Assembly: GCA_028023455.1 (NCBI GenBank)
Contig: JAQFVV010000001.1
Span: forward strand, 12,896,001-12,960,000
Source: Epiperipatus broadwayi
Lineage: Eukaryota; Animalia; Onychophora
Reading direction: 5' to 3'
DNA length: 64,000 nucleotides
In this document: positions 38,958 to 52,400 of the stretch, piece by piece
Numbering within the stretch: the first letter of the stretch is position 1
Layout of the letters: each line of letters starts with the position of its first letter
Program-made: the position numbers and the translations under genes
Notes under the pieces: generated by a model
Database searches by the model: none
The model's input: the letters and a program-made list of their open reading frames with translations, nothing else
Told to the model about the DNA's origin: nothing

Positions 38958-39623
38958 CAGGGATTTCCAATCTTTTTGGTTCCTGTGTCCCTTTGGCTTT
39001 TAATAAATTATTTGGTATAGTCTATTTATTATAATACAAAATAAACAGTAATTAAGTTTTCATATAAGTGATAAAATCTTATTTTTCCCCCAACACAGCT
39101 GAAAAACTGGCTGTACAAATAGACTGTACTAATTCATGAAAAAAAATTTTTTTCCAAATACATACTGTCCACTGTCTTTGTTGTTTCTTTCAAGATTTAC
39201 AAAAAAGAAATTCCTCTTTTTATTTCATTCTGATGTATATCACTAATAAAAGAAGAAGCTATGCATAGTTAGAGACATCAGTTGATTTATTCAGCTGCTT
39301 GCCAAACATTCTTGATTTCCTCCATTACTTGGCAATGTCATAGCTATTGTGAATCTTAACTAGGCATTTTGAGTTGTCAGAATCTGCAGTGAGAAAAAAG
39401 TCTATGCAACCTTACTGTGTTCATGTATAAAAAAAGACCTGAAATATTACTGATATGGCTAACAGACAGTACCAACATAGAATAAGGCAGAAGTATTGAT
39501 AACATAAATATTTTTTGAATACATAAATAGCATAATATATTTATTTATCAGCTATTCACCATACAATCAGGAAAAGCTTCCCATGCCCACTGAGGTACAA
39601 CTACTTCAGGTTGGGAACCCCTG
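38958..39623 (-). mobile_element. Internally deleted hAT element of Charlie/Buster type (666 bp) with a transposase remnant
   Basis: TIRs cagggatttccaatc and ggttgggaacccctg; degenerate 8-bp TSD gcctacat/gcctatcc; minus strand ~39170-39400 reads FGKQLNKSTDVSNYA*LLL and NEIKEEFLFCK, matching the Charlie-type QLDESTD..AQLL and EEFLFC motifs. Confidence 0.85.
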
Positions 39624-42077
39624 GCCTATCCTGAACAGAATTTCATCCTGAAAACATTCTGATTAGTCTTATAATTTTGTCTCAGTATTTTTAAAATCTT
39701 ACAGGATAGACTTAAATTAGGTATTTTCAGAATCTTTAGTCCTACATCTCACTTCCAATAATAAATTGGACAAAATAATAGCTTTATATAAAGCCAATTT
39801 AATTACAGTAGTTATATCACTATGAATGCATCACCAACACATTGGAATCTGTGTTTTATCCCATTATCCAAGTTTTTTTTTTTTTCCAAAAAAAAAAAAA
39901 AGCACATTAAAAAATGAAAAAAAAAAAAAAACAAACGTCTCCTAGTTATTTTTATTTTATTAAATCAAAAACATTTAAATCAATACCAATATTTTTTTTT
40001 TTAAATCTTATAATGAATCATTGTAAGTTTGTTTTATAAAAATAATTTTGTGAAAAAACATATAAATATACTTATCATTTTTAAAATCACAAGTTTAAAA
40101 GCTAAAGGTTATAACCTCAATTTGCATATTAAAAACACCTGGCTCTTCAGAGATTATTTTGAATTTTGTTTTTTTTTTTTTCAAAATAATTTTTTTTTAT
40201 TATTCTTTCTGTCAATGATTTTATCATTAATTATAGACTAAAATTGTGTTTTTCTTTAAAAAATAAAATAGATACAAATTTTTCTGACACAAATGTATTT
40301 TTTGAATTTTTGAAAGTGAATAAATCACAGTTTTTCCCCACTATACATTTACTGTTTTGTTTCAGTAATGAAAATCGTATTACAGGTAATGTATAGAATT
40401 TTGAAGTTTATTTTCTTAAAAGCCACTTAAGTTTGTAAGCACGAGTGCAAGCATGTTCTAAGGGAGAAGATTGATAAAGTTTTTTTTTTAAAAAAAAAGT
40501 TAAATTCAAATAAAAATTTCTAATTGTGATTGCGTAACTTTTTAAAGAGATTTAGCTAAATCTTTGTATCTTCTAAAGAATACACCTTTAACTCATCAGT
40601 ATAAAATATACAACAAAAATTAACTTATCTAGTATATATAGTAATTTAAAATATACAACAAAATTATATAAATAGATAGATAACATATGTATACGCGTAT
40701 GTATACTAAAAACATTATCATAAAAATTATTTTGTATGTATACAAACAATACAATTAGCATAAACAAATATTCTTTAAATTCCAAGAAGATTATGGACAT
40801 CAAAACTTTTAGAAATAAATATCTTGATTAAAATAATTCTATAGAGATCTGATTTGTAAATTTTTAATATAGAAAATGCGTTTGGATTTAGCTGAATTCT
40901 GAATGTTTATTAAAATTATTAGTATATATAAATAAAAAGCCTCATATCTGGTGAACAGAGTATCCTTTTATCATGTCTATCGCCTGCTTTGGAGTTTGAT
41001 GAAATTGGGGGGGGGGGGGGGCTGAGAAACTCTAAAAAACTTTGAATTTTTATGGAGCTACAATCCAGTCAGCAAATGCAATTATTAGTTAATAAAAAGA
41101 TATTTTTAGCCATATTGCTGCAAAGAAAAAAAATAATAAAAAGCCTCAATTATTGACAGTTGATAATCAAGTAATGTGTATATATATATTTTTGTTACTT
41201 TTTATAAAAAATTACTGGTGAATTTCTTTGTTCTACACTGGAGTTTTTTACTCTCTCTACAGTGGATAATATGCCAGTTTATTTATTTATATTTGTTTCG
41301 TATACAATAAAGATCAAAGTAATATATATATATATATATATCAAGATAGTATTGGTTTCATAAGCTTTTAAGAGCATAAAAAATATATAATAATTAATAA
41401 CGTAAAAATATGAGAATCGAAGATATAAGGCAAAGATGTTAAAAATGAAGGCACAGTTTATCTAAATAATGTATAAGAGTTAAAAGTTATATATTGTGTA
41501 GAGCAGTAATAATTTATTTCAATAGAGGATTAAATAAGAATTAATATAATGTAAAAGACTAATATTATTGAGTTAAATGAAAAATGACTGCTCTAAAATT
41601 TATTGATTGTTTTCAAGTTAATTAAAAGTAACAAAATATTATGGATACAAGCTGAAAACTAAGAGGGTATTTATATCATCTGATGATTGCCTATATTTTC
41701 ATGTTTAAAGGATTATCAATAGAATGTAATTAATGTTTTGAGTGCAAAATATAAAAACTTTGATTAAGTAGTTATTGTTAAAATAACTCAAATTCTTTAT
41801 CAACCAGTTATAGAAAGAAAAAAACACTAGCAATTTTTAGCTTGGATAGTTATTAACTTCAGAATATAACTCATTTTAAATATTTAGTAGTTGTGTCAAA
41901 ACATAGTACTCTAATATGCTCTTGATACATTTAACAAGTTAAAAAATATAATATTTCATTTAGTTGTATATACATATTAAAATAGATAAAGATATGAGAT
42001 TTTTTAAATAGCAATAAACCGAAATAATTGTCATGAAAAAAACATTATATAAAAAAACAACAACTTAAAGTTACATA

Positions 42078-42925
42078 AATATAGGGGATTTGAAGATTTT
42101 CAAGCCCCTTCACTATCCACACTATCTCATGCTACTGATACACATGGTCAAACACATGCAGAAAAGATAAATAATCAGAAATATACATATTTTGTGCTAA
42201 ACCAGCACTCATCAGTTGGTCCAGATTACCATCTCCCATACATATATATAATCAGTATTCAGTAATCTGGACCAACTGATGAGTGCTGGTTTAGCACAAA
42301 ATATGTATATTGGTGATTATTTATCTTTTCTGCATGTGTGTGGTCATGTGCATTAGTAGTATGAGATAGTGTGGATAGTGAAGGGTCTTGAAAGTCTGAG
42401 TTCAAATCCCCTATATTTACAATTAGGCTCCAGGTATGAGTGTCTGACATTTCAAATCTTACATATTAAGCCTGCATTATGTCCATCCTTCTTCTATGTA
42501 TTTAAATTGATACTGTTTTATACATGAGGGTTCAGAGTGACTTGAGATCAACATGGGCATGACAACAATATTGGCATGGGATTTGGGAATTCTATCATCA
42601 GATTTTTAATGGTATGGATGGCTGAAGAGTTGGAGATTGGAGTAGGTTTAAGCCTGTCCATTAAAGTGTAAGGATTTGCAATCTTAATATAAACTGAGCA
42701 CTGATTATATATATATGTATGGGAGATGGTGATCTGAACTAACTGATGGGTGCTGTTTTAGCATGAAATACATATATTGGTGATTATTTATCTTTTCTAC
42801 ATGTGTGTGATCAGGTGTATCAGTAGTATGAGATAGTGTGGATAGTGAAGGGGCTTTAAAGTCTGAGTTCAAATCACCTATATTTACAATTAGGCTCCAG
42901 GTACAAGTGCCTGGTATTTCAAATC
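42078..42925. mobile_element. Family A locus with three arms (forward, reverse, reverse)
   Basis: Left arm 42078-42260, inverted arm 42260-42450 and a second, longer inverted arm 42460-42925; both inverted arms end ttcaaatcNcctatatttacaattaggctccaggta. Confidence 0.9.
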
Positions 42926-43249
42926 TTAAAGCTATATAATAAAATAAAAATATCTTAGAATAAATTATTAAAAGTAATATTAATAGTTAAACTTTTATAA
43001 AGGGTTATTAAAAGTAATATTTAAAAAAATATTTAACTAATGTAATTGGTTTTATTATAACAATTTTAAGAAAAACTAAATAATACATTGTATAGAATAA
43101 GTCAAAACATTCTAGCTAGTTTTTCTTATCAAAGATCAAAATTTAGAATTAGAAAATATAAAATAATGTATATTTTAATTCATATTTGTTTGAGTTGTTT
43201 ACTATAAAAATAACATAATTAGATATATAATTAAGTGCATTATGTTCTT

Positions 43250-44025
43250 GGAAATAAGAGATTTGAAAACAAGATAAAACGCAATCAATTAAATGATTAT
43301 GGTATTTTGAAAATTAAATGTAACTAAAGTAAACTGAGGTTACCTATGTTAAGTAAAATAGAGGTCATCAAGATGTTATGGACAAGAGGTCAATAGTATA
43401 TATAGCCAGGATTTTCTTAAAATTATTATTCTTGGTTCTTGTTTTTATTGTGCTTCATTCTACATTATACTGTCATGATTATGATCAACTAAAAAAAATT
43501 AAAACTATTGACTTCCTGAAGTCTATCTTGAATCCATCAATGATGAACCTGAAAGGCTATGTTTAAAGAAATTCTTAATCTGAACACATCAAAAGAAAAA
43601 AATGCTTAAATATCAAATAATTTTAAGAAAATACCTTTAGACAGGTCTGTAGATCAGAGAAGAGAAATTCCTGCCTGTTTAGGAAATGGATATAGAACAG
43701 TATAACTGTGTCTTAGAAAATAAAATGGTTCACCATTAGTGAATTCAGAACAGACTTCAGGTAATCAGTAGTTTTTCATTTTTTAGCTAATTATAAGCAT
43801 GTTAATACAGTGTAAAATAAAAGCATGAATAAAAATAAGAATCAAAAACTAATAATTTCAAGAATACTCTGGTTATATATTTTATTTACCTCTTACTTAC
43901 AACAACTTGATGACCTTTATTTTACTTAACTCAGGTGACTTTAGTTTACTTTAATTATATTTAATTTTCAAAATACCATAATCATTTAAGTGATTGAATT
44001 TTTACCTTGTTTTTGAATCTCTTAA
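43250..44025. mobile_element. Foldback element family G (~775 bp, ~310-bp arms)
   Basis: aaatgattatggtattttgaaaattaaat/atttaattttcaaaataccataatcattt, aggtcatcaag/cttgatgacct and cctgaagtct/agacttcagg all pair; spacer ~165 bp. Confidence 0.85.
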
Positions 44026-46789
44026 CTCAAAACACAAAATGGACTTAATTATGTAACTAATTATGTTGTTTTGTAGTAACAACTCATACGAAGATGAATT
44101 AAAACATACATTTTTGATAAGAAAAACTACTTAGACTGTTTTAACTTATTCTGTATAATTTATTTAGTTTCTCATAAATTTAATCACTTATAATAAAACC
44201 CTATTATATTATTTATACTTATTTTAAAATATTACCTTTAATAATCCTTTATAAAATTTCAACAACTTCTATTGTTATTACTTTTAATAATTTATTCTTG
44301 GATATTTTTATTTTATTATACAACTTTTTAAATATTTTTTTAAATATAATGTTATCTTCATGACAATTGTTCCAGCTTACTACCATATGTAAAATCACGT
44401 GGTTGACCATAAAATGAATGCCATCCATTTCAATAGGTGTGTATATATATTGACTCTCAGCTTTTTCCTTAAATTTGAATGTCAAGGTTTATAATAGCAT
44501 AGTATTTTTTTTTTTAATATTTTCGATAGTTTAATTTTTCTGATAAGCAAACTTTATCAAAATGTTTACATGTCTGAGTAGCCATTTTAAAAGAACTTTT
44601 ATAATTTTATGACTTTAAAAGTAAACTTAAAAGACAGTTTATAATAGTTAAATACCTTAAGTAGCTCTATTATAATTTTTAAATGCTTAATCTTCAAGTC
44701 ATTACTGATCGAATTAATGAGTTTAATTCTAAAATATTAAAATTAAAATCATTTTAGTTTAGTTACCAAGGTTTATTAAAATTTAATATTAGTGTAAAAC
44801 TTTAAAAATAGGTTCAAACCCTTAAGATTAGGTTGCAAATGTTTAAATTATCTGTAAAAAATATCTTATTTAATCTTAATTGTAGTAAAAATATTTTAAT
44901 TAAATAATCTCAAACTTAGTTGTTTAAAAAAAAATAATTTTAAAGCTAAGAATTAAAAGAATGGGATATGAATGTGCATGCTTGCATATTAAACTTTAAT
45001 TTCTCTAAAAAAAACTTCCTTGTTAAATTTAATGTTAGAGTTATTTTTAAATACCTTTATTTTAAAAAGATACAATTTAAAATATTCTGCAATCTTAAAT
45101 AAATTTTTAAAAAATGTGTTTAAAGAAAAATATAAGATAATGTTCTGTTCAAATGATGTAATTTTTATTATGTAATATTTTTTATTTATTATAATACATT
45201 TTAATTCTCTAAATAATTTGTTTTATTAAAAAAATTTAATAATTAATTAACTGTCTAGAATATTTTTTTCCAGAAAATTATGAAATATGCAAATTAGTTT
45301 CTTTTTAAGTTAGCAATTTTTCCTAGGATAGTAAGAAGTCTGGGACTTCTGATCAATATAGATCAATTGGGAGTAATCAAAATGTCAATTTCTAGCCATC
45401 AAAATTGGTCATGTGATTTATGTTATAAAGAAAGTTGGTGAATACATCTCACACTTGCTTACATACTTGCTTGAAGAAAGGATTAACTAATCATTATTTC
45501 TGCTTAAGTTGTAACTATTTTAAAATAGTTTTATTTTGTTTTAAAGAATGAATTTCTAAATTAACTTCACCCAGGCTCCATTTTTAAACTGATAAATTTT
45601 TCCAGCCCTTGAAATTACATTACAGAATATGAATTATGGGAAAATCAACAGAATACTCAACAAAAATTAAATCCTTTTCACTAGAATTAAATACTTCAAT
45701 GGATTTTAGGGAAAAGTATCATTATCATCCCTGTTACATAAGAACTTTTATTAATTCTAATTTCTATATTGTATTTAAATGATATTACAAAATTAAATTT
45801 TAAGATACGCTGATCATGGAGACTATTCTTTAAGCAACTTTATTTGAAAATGTTTTAAATTTTCCATGTGTTAAAAATATGTTTTTTTTTTAATTATTTC
45901 ATTTTTAAATAAAAAGACTTTGAATCCAAATTTCAAAACCTGTTTTGTAATTATAAAATACTTTATAAATGTTTTACCTGAATTCATACATCTTTATAAG
46001 GAAATATTGAATTTATTTTGATATACACCTTAGTTTTCTTGCAAAGCTTATATTATTTGGACTCTTATATGTATTCTTGAATAAATGAAATATGAATGAA
46101 TGACTTTAAATTAATATAACATGCACTATTGTTATTATTATGAAACATTTATTTATAGGATAACATTCATTTATTTAAGAAGGTGAATTATTTAAAAGCT
46201 ATTGTCTTTAAAATTAAATTTTTTATTATTAACAGTGGTGTGAAATTGATTTACTTGCTAAATATCTTTATTATGTCTACTTCAAATAAAACAAGGAAAT
46301 ATATTTTCCTAACATATTGAAGTTAAGCTTATTGATTTGTACTCTTTTATGGAAATTTATTAGTATTGTAATATGCACTCTTAAATATGATGTATTCCTG
46401 AGATATCAATAAAAATGTATTTCTTTGAATTTATTATTATTTCCAAAATTATTGCTTTTCATCAACAACTGGAATAAATTGTATTACATATAATTAAAAT
46501 GTGAAGATTCTTGAATTAATAGTACAAAAGTCTATCTATGAACTTATTATCTTGCATTTACTTCAAAAACATATGCTCTTCTTTATTATTGATTTTAAAA
46601 TTTTGCTCCATTCTAAAATTATGACTTTTGTTAAGATTATTCCTTAATGCTTATCATTAATATAATGTGCTTTTGAAGGATATAAGAAGTTTATATATAA
46701 TATTCTACTGAAATATTAAATATGCATCATTATTGTGCTTTATTCATGAATTATATTTCATGCTAGCATCTTAAATGATTTTTGCTTAA

Positions 46790-48075
46790 TTGTATTATGT
46801 AAATAAGCATTTATTTTATATAGTATGTAAACAATTGTATTGCAGTCAAATATCAGCCTTTCACGCTAATTGTGCATACGCTTTGCGAGTGTTAATAATA
46901 AATGAATACTTTATAGTAATTTAAAGTGACTGTTCCATCATCTTGCTTTCTTTGCAAGTACTTCAGATTTGCTCATATATAAGCATTTGAGTTGTAGGAA
47001 TAAGAGGATTCCTTTTATTCCTGCATAAATACTATATCTTGTATTGGTGAGAAAGTATTCATTTATTATTAACACTCGCAAAGCGTATGCACAATTAGCA
47101 TGAAAGGCTGATATTTGACTGTAATACAATTGTTTACATATGCTATATAAAATAAATGCTTATTTACATATTATTAAGTTTCAGTTGGAATGATGTTTAG
47201 TAAATTCTAGATAATTTCACCGACATCATTCATTCAGACATTATATATAGTAATTTAAAGTGACTGTTCCATCATCACGCTTTCTTTGCCAGTACTTCAG
47301 ATTTGCTCATATATAAGCGTTTGAGTCATAGGAATAAGAGGATTCCTTTTATTCCTGCATAAATGCTATATCTTGTATTGGTGAGAAAGTATTCATTTAT
47401 TATTAACACTCGCAAAGCATATGCACAATTAGCATGAAAGGCTGATATTTGACTGTAATACAATTGTTTATATATGCTATACAAAATAAATGCTTATTTA
47501 CATATTATTAAGTTTCAGTTGGAATGATGTTTAGTAAATTCTAGATAATTTCACCAATGTCATTTATTCAGACATTATATATAGTAATTTAAAGTGACTG
47601 TTCCATCATCATGCTTTCTTTGCCAGTACTTCAGATTTGCTCATATATAAGTGTTTGAGTCGTAGGAATAAACGGATTCCTTTTATTCCTACATAAATAC
47701 TATATCTTTAGCGTGAAAGGCTGATATTTGACTGTAATACAATTGTTTACAAATGCTATATAAAATAAATGCTTATTTACATATTATTAAGTTTCAGTTG
47801 GAATGATGTTTAGTAAATTCTAGATAATTTCACTGACATCATTCATTCAGACATTATATATAGTAATTTAAAGTGACTGTTCCATTGTCATGCTTTCTTT
47901 GCCAGTACTTCGGATTTGCTCATATATAAGCATTTGAGTCATAGGAATAAGAGGATTCCTTTTATTCCTGCATAAATACTATATCATGTATTGGTGAGAA
48001 ATTATTCATTTATTATTAACACTCGCAAAGCGTATGCACAATTAGCATGAAAGGCTGATATTTGACTGTAATTAA
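46790..48075. repeat. Family E tandem array (~3.6 x 334-bp unit) preceded by an inverted partial unit
   Basis: Unit starts (atagtaatttaaagtgactg) at 46913, 47247, 47581 and 47860, the third unit having a ~55-bp deletion; 46790-46912 is the reverse complement of part of the unit. Confidence 0.95.
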
Positions 48076-50702
48076 TTGTATTATATAAAAGATTGAGCAT
48101 GTAAGATAAATATGCTATATTATAATAAACTGGAAATCTGAAAAATACTTCAGAACTCTGTTTTCAGTGACTGTATCCTAGCAAATGATAAGAACCAAGA
48201 TGAAGGACTTACTTTTTATTTTATTTTATTTTTGGTAAAAGAGTATAGTTATTAAGTTTAAATATTCATGATATTGTTAAATGCTATTATTGTTATTATT
48301 TTATGCATTTTTATTTGGTATAATTTTTATAAATCACTTATGTAATATATTATCAAAAATTCTCAAAATATTGATATACTGATAATGCTATATTTTAAAT
48401 GTTATATTTGTTCCTATCATTAAGCTATTTATTTTGAATGTATATGCAAATGTTAAAAAGTGTAGAAACTGGTGTATATTTTTATTGTTTATTTTTATGC
48501 CATAATTTTTATTAAGCTATGTTTAGCACTAATTATTAATGTATAGGTTTTACATCTCAATTAGTTGCTGCTTTTTTTAAAGAGAATATACTATTAGTCT
48601 CTCTCTTGTACTGAGTGTATTTTAAAGAGGTGATCATTAGTCTCTCTCTTATATTGTGATATTTTTCCAGTGAATAATATTGTTCTTTATCTTATATTCA
48701 GGCATATAATGCTTTGTTAAGGCAAATCCTTTTACTATTGGTCATTCTTGATAGTTCATTCTCATTATCTTATGACTAGTAATAATCCTAGTTTATTTAT
48801 TGCCCTTAGATGTAGATGACTTTCTCTTGAGTTCATGCCATAATTTTCTTTGCCTTTGCCTTATCATCCCTAATGTGGATTTATTTGTAATGTATTTTTA
48901 TATAAAACCATGGGTAGTGTAGTGCCATGATTTTAGCCTGGCAATTGATATATTTTCATAGGTACTGAGGAATTCTATACTTATTTTCAGTCACATTCTT
49001 AATATATCTGAGTGTAGGCTGTTTGTTTTGATATGAAGACTTTGTAGCTCTGCCTTTCCAGCACTTTAAGATGTAAATCTGATAAATATTTAATATTAAA
49101 ATTTTAAAATTGTATATGTGGCTTCAGTAGAAAATATAATCTTCAACATTTGTCCCACCACATGGATTGATAAGTTGTATTTAAAAGGGTATTAAATACA
49201 TTCATTAGGGACATCATAATAGAATTGTTCTATAATAATGAGAAAACTTATTCAAATATCAATATTGTAGAAAGCTTCATTGAACCATCCCATATTATTT
49301 ATTTTTTATTGTAAACTGTAAATTATAATTCTGCTCCATATTAAATTTTGCTAATGTATCCAAAGAATTCATCTTGATAACATTGTAAAATAGCCAGATT
49401 GCTTGTTAAATGTTTTAATATCAAAATAAATATTATTTTTATTGTTAACTTATTTTCTTAATTGTTTCTCGTCATCTGCATACTTTTAGAAATACAAATA
49501 TCATTAAGCTTATCATATTTTTTTTTACTTTTATGCAATGAGAGTACACGAATATGTAGAATTTGATATAATAGTCACTTTATTAAAACATGCATCTCTG
49601 ATATCAAGAAAAACCTCCAAAAAAAGAAATAATTTTATTTATTAAAAATAATTATAATTATTTATTCATTATTGGAAGATCACTTTAGTCAATTTCATTT
49701 ATTTAAAAGATCACTATGTTCATTTTGAAATCACTTTATTCTATTTAGATTATTTTGTGTATTCATCATAAATTCAAATGACAGAATTATTTGGTTTGTA
49801 TTCAGAAAAATATTTAAAGAGAATTTATTGGTGTGGTATTTTGATTGGCCATAAAATACATTAACCACTCATTATATCTGAATGCTATTCTAGTATATTG
49901 TTCTTATTCTAAATTAAAAGATTTCATGTTTAGTATAAATTTTGAAATTATTATTGTAATGTAATGAGACATTATCTTAAGGATAAGAGTATATCTCATG
50001 GCTTTATTATTTTACTAGGATTGCATTCTTAATCTAATACATTTTTTCAAAATTAAAAGAGATGAATAGAATTTATAATTATTAAAATATTAGTTATGTG
50101 AATCCTGAGATATCCATTTTACATATAAGATTATTCAAGAAAATTATTTTACTTAAGAACAAAATTATTTTTAAAAAAGAAGTCAATGTGGCAAAACATA
50201 AGAATACATGCTTCTATTCTATATAAAAAAATTTAATAGTAAATCTGATCATGACAAATATGTTGTATTTGAAGGTGTGTTGTGAATGAAGAAGTTAAAG
50301 CAACCTAACCCTTTAATGATATATGCCTTAAATATTGGGAGCCATTACATTTTAAAGAGTGATTATGAGAAGTCTTCACCTCTTAATTTGATAATATATT
50401 GCCTTCATCATAATGATGATGATTATTATTTACCTTTATTGTTGCTCTTATTACTGTGGCATTTGGCATTCAAAACTCTGAGCTCAGCAAGTATTATTAT
50501 TAGTTAATCATCATATTATATTATATTACAATTGTATATCTGATCATCAGCATTAGATGCTTTGTTTGGTGAGATTGTTATTAGTCTCTCCATTATTGTT
50601 GACATCATCTTTATCTCATTCTTTTAGGTTACAATTTTGATGTTCCCAATGTGTTGGCATTGAATTGATTTGAAGGTTCCAGTCAATCATCTGTTTTTGT
50701 TT

Positions 50703-50705
<3 letters not shown>

Positions 50706-50769
<64 letters not shown>

Positions 50770-50770
50770 T
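50706..50770. repeat. (TA)n microsatellite
   Basis: Directly visible. Confidence 0.95.
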
Positions 50771-51779
50771 TGTGTATGTTATTTCACTTAATTTATTGTA
50801 TGGAAATAATGCTTGAACATCGATCCTATTAATCTAACATAAAAAGAGAAAAGTTTTATTTAAGGACAATCCCTTACATTTTAAAAATACTATGGCAAGA
50901 TTATAAGACCAATCTATATATTCTTACACTTTTTGAATATGATACTGTAAAGTTCATTATTGTAAAATAAAATCTTCATTAGACTGTATACATGAAATTA
51001 ATAATATAAAACTTCCTAATTAGAGATTTTATGGTAAATTTAAATATGGTTTTTATGGGAGAAGCAGATATCTTTATGTTATAAAGATTATTTCAAAGAT
51101 ATTTTAAAGAAATGCAATATTAATTATTTTCACTGGGAAGATACAATTAGATAAAATAAAAGAACATTTTACTATGAAAAGTTTTCTGAATAAAAAATTA
51201 AAGTTGTAAAATATAAATAATAAACCACTTTGGGTTCTATGTATGCAAGTATTGTTTTTCACAGATTGGTTTCTATAAATTGTATGATAATCTATGATGT
51301 AATAACATTATTATTGATTTGTCTTTTCATCTTTTTATTCTTGGAATTGAATTAACCTATTCGTCTGTGAATTATTACAAATTGTGATGATATTATATTG
51401 GTACTTGTGTGATAGCAGTGGGAACATCAGGTCCAAAAAATCTGGGGTTTAACAAAAATATTGATATTAATATTTTAAGGAAAGGATTTTGAGGGAATTA
51501 TTCATTTTTAGGTTTTGTATGATTTACTCTTGATGCAATAATGATAAATTTAAGGTGTTATAATTTAATTAATCAAATTTGATGGTTTGAAAAATGAAAT
51601 ATTTTTTTATAATTTTGTTAATTTGGCCTTGCATAGATTTAAACACTAATAAATTCATAACAAACATTTTTATAATTATAATTGAAATAAATATAAATTT
51701 ATATATTATTCAAAATATAGATTATAAATTTTTAGCATGGTTTGATTTTATAAAGAAGAGGAGGAAGAGATTTATTGTT

Positions 51780-52400
51780 TGTTTGTTTTTTTTATTAAGG
51801 AAACATTTATTGGAATACAGATTTTACAGATTACATTAGATTTCAGCTCTATTCATTTACATTTGCTTTAGTCTTTATTTACATTGATTACAATTCAACT
51901 TGAATTTACATCACCGTGACAAATCAAGCAGCCATTTTTCATTTGGTAGTTAGCTTTAACTGTTTTCTATTATCTATATTCTTTCCTCCTTTCTTCATTC
52001 TTCCTGTCCTTATCTTTTTTTCTATCTTTCTTCTTTCTTCTTTCTTGACTCTTTTTTCTTCCATCTTCTCTCTTCTAGTTTCAGTTGACAAATCGTTTTA
52101 CAACCTGGATGTCAGTTTAAGAGGAATAATTGTCATCTCATCCAGAATGATCTGTTTCCATGTGTCCACATATAGTCTGGGGAAGTTATAAGATAGTCTC
52201 TGGTTTTCAGACTGCAAAGGTGTTCCTTGAAGACTCACCATGGGTTTGCCAAGTTGTCTCTAAAAATACTGTGACACCTGGTCTGCCATTTTGCAAAGAG
52301 AATCATGATTGCCATTCGGATTATAGCAAATTCCCCAGTTCTCAGTGTCTTGCTGATGTCCAATGTCTGATACCACCCTGACCTAATACTAGATCTCAAT
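51780..52400 (-). mobile_element. 5'-truncated LINE 3' end (ORF2 tail, 3' UTR, A-rich tail)
   Basis: Minus strand ends ...ccaataaatgtttccttaataaaaaaaacaaacaaa; the GC-richer 52140-52400 segment begins ggtggtatcagac, resembling the GGIR segment of the 33.3-kb LINE. Confidence 0.55.

Noticed and set aside
43630-43765. Exon-like segment (acceptor tttagacag, donor cag|gtaatc)
   Set aside because: It lies in the spacer and arm of foldback G, and the frames contain stops.
45630-45790. Short open frame containing KYHYHPCYIRTF
   Set aside because: About 50 codons, isolated, with no further motif support.
46913-48075. CRISPR-like regularly spaced repeats
   Set aside because: The whole 334-bp units are repeated with no unique spacers, there are no cas genes, and the context is eukaryotic.
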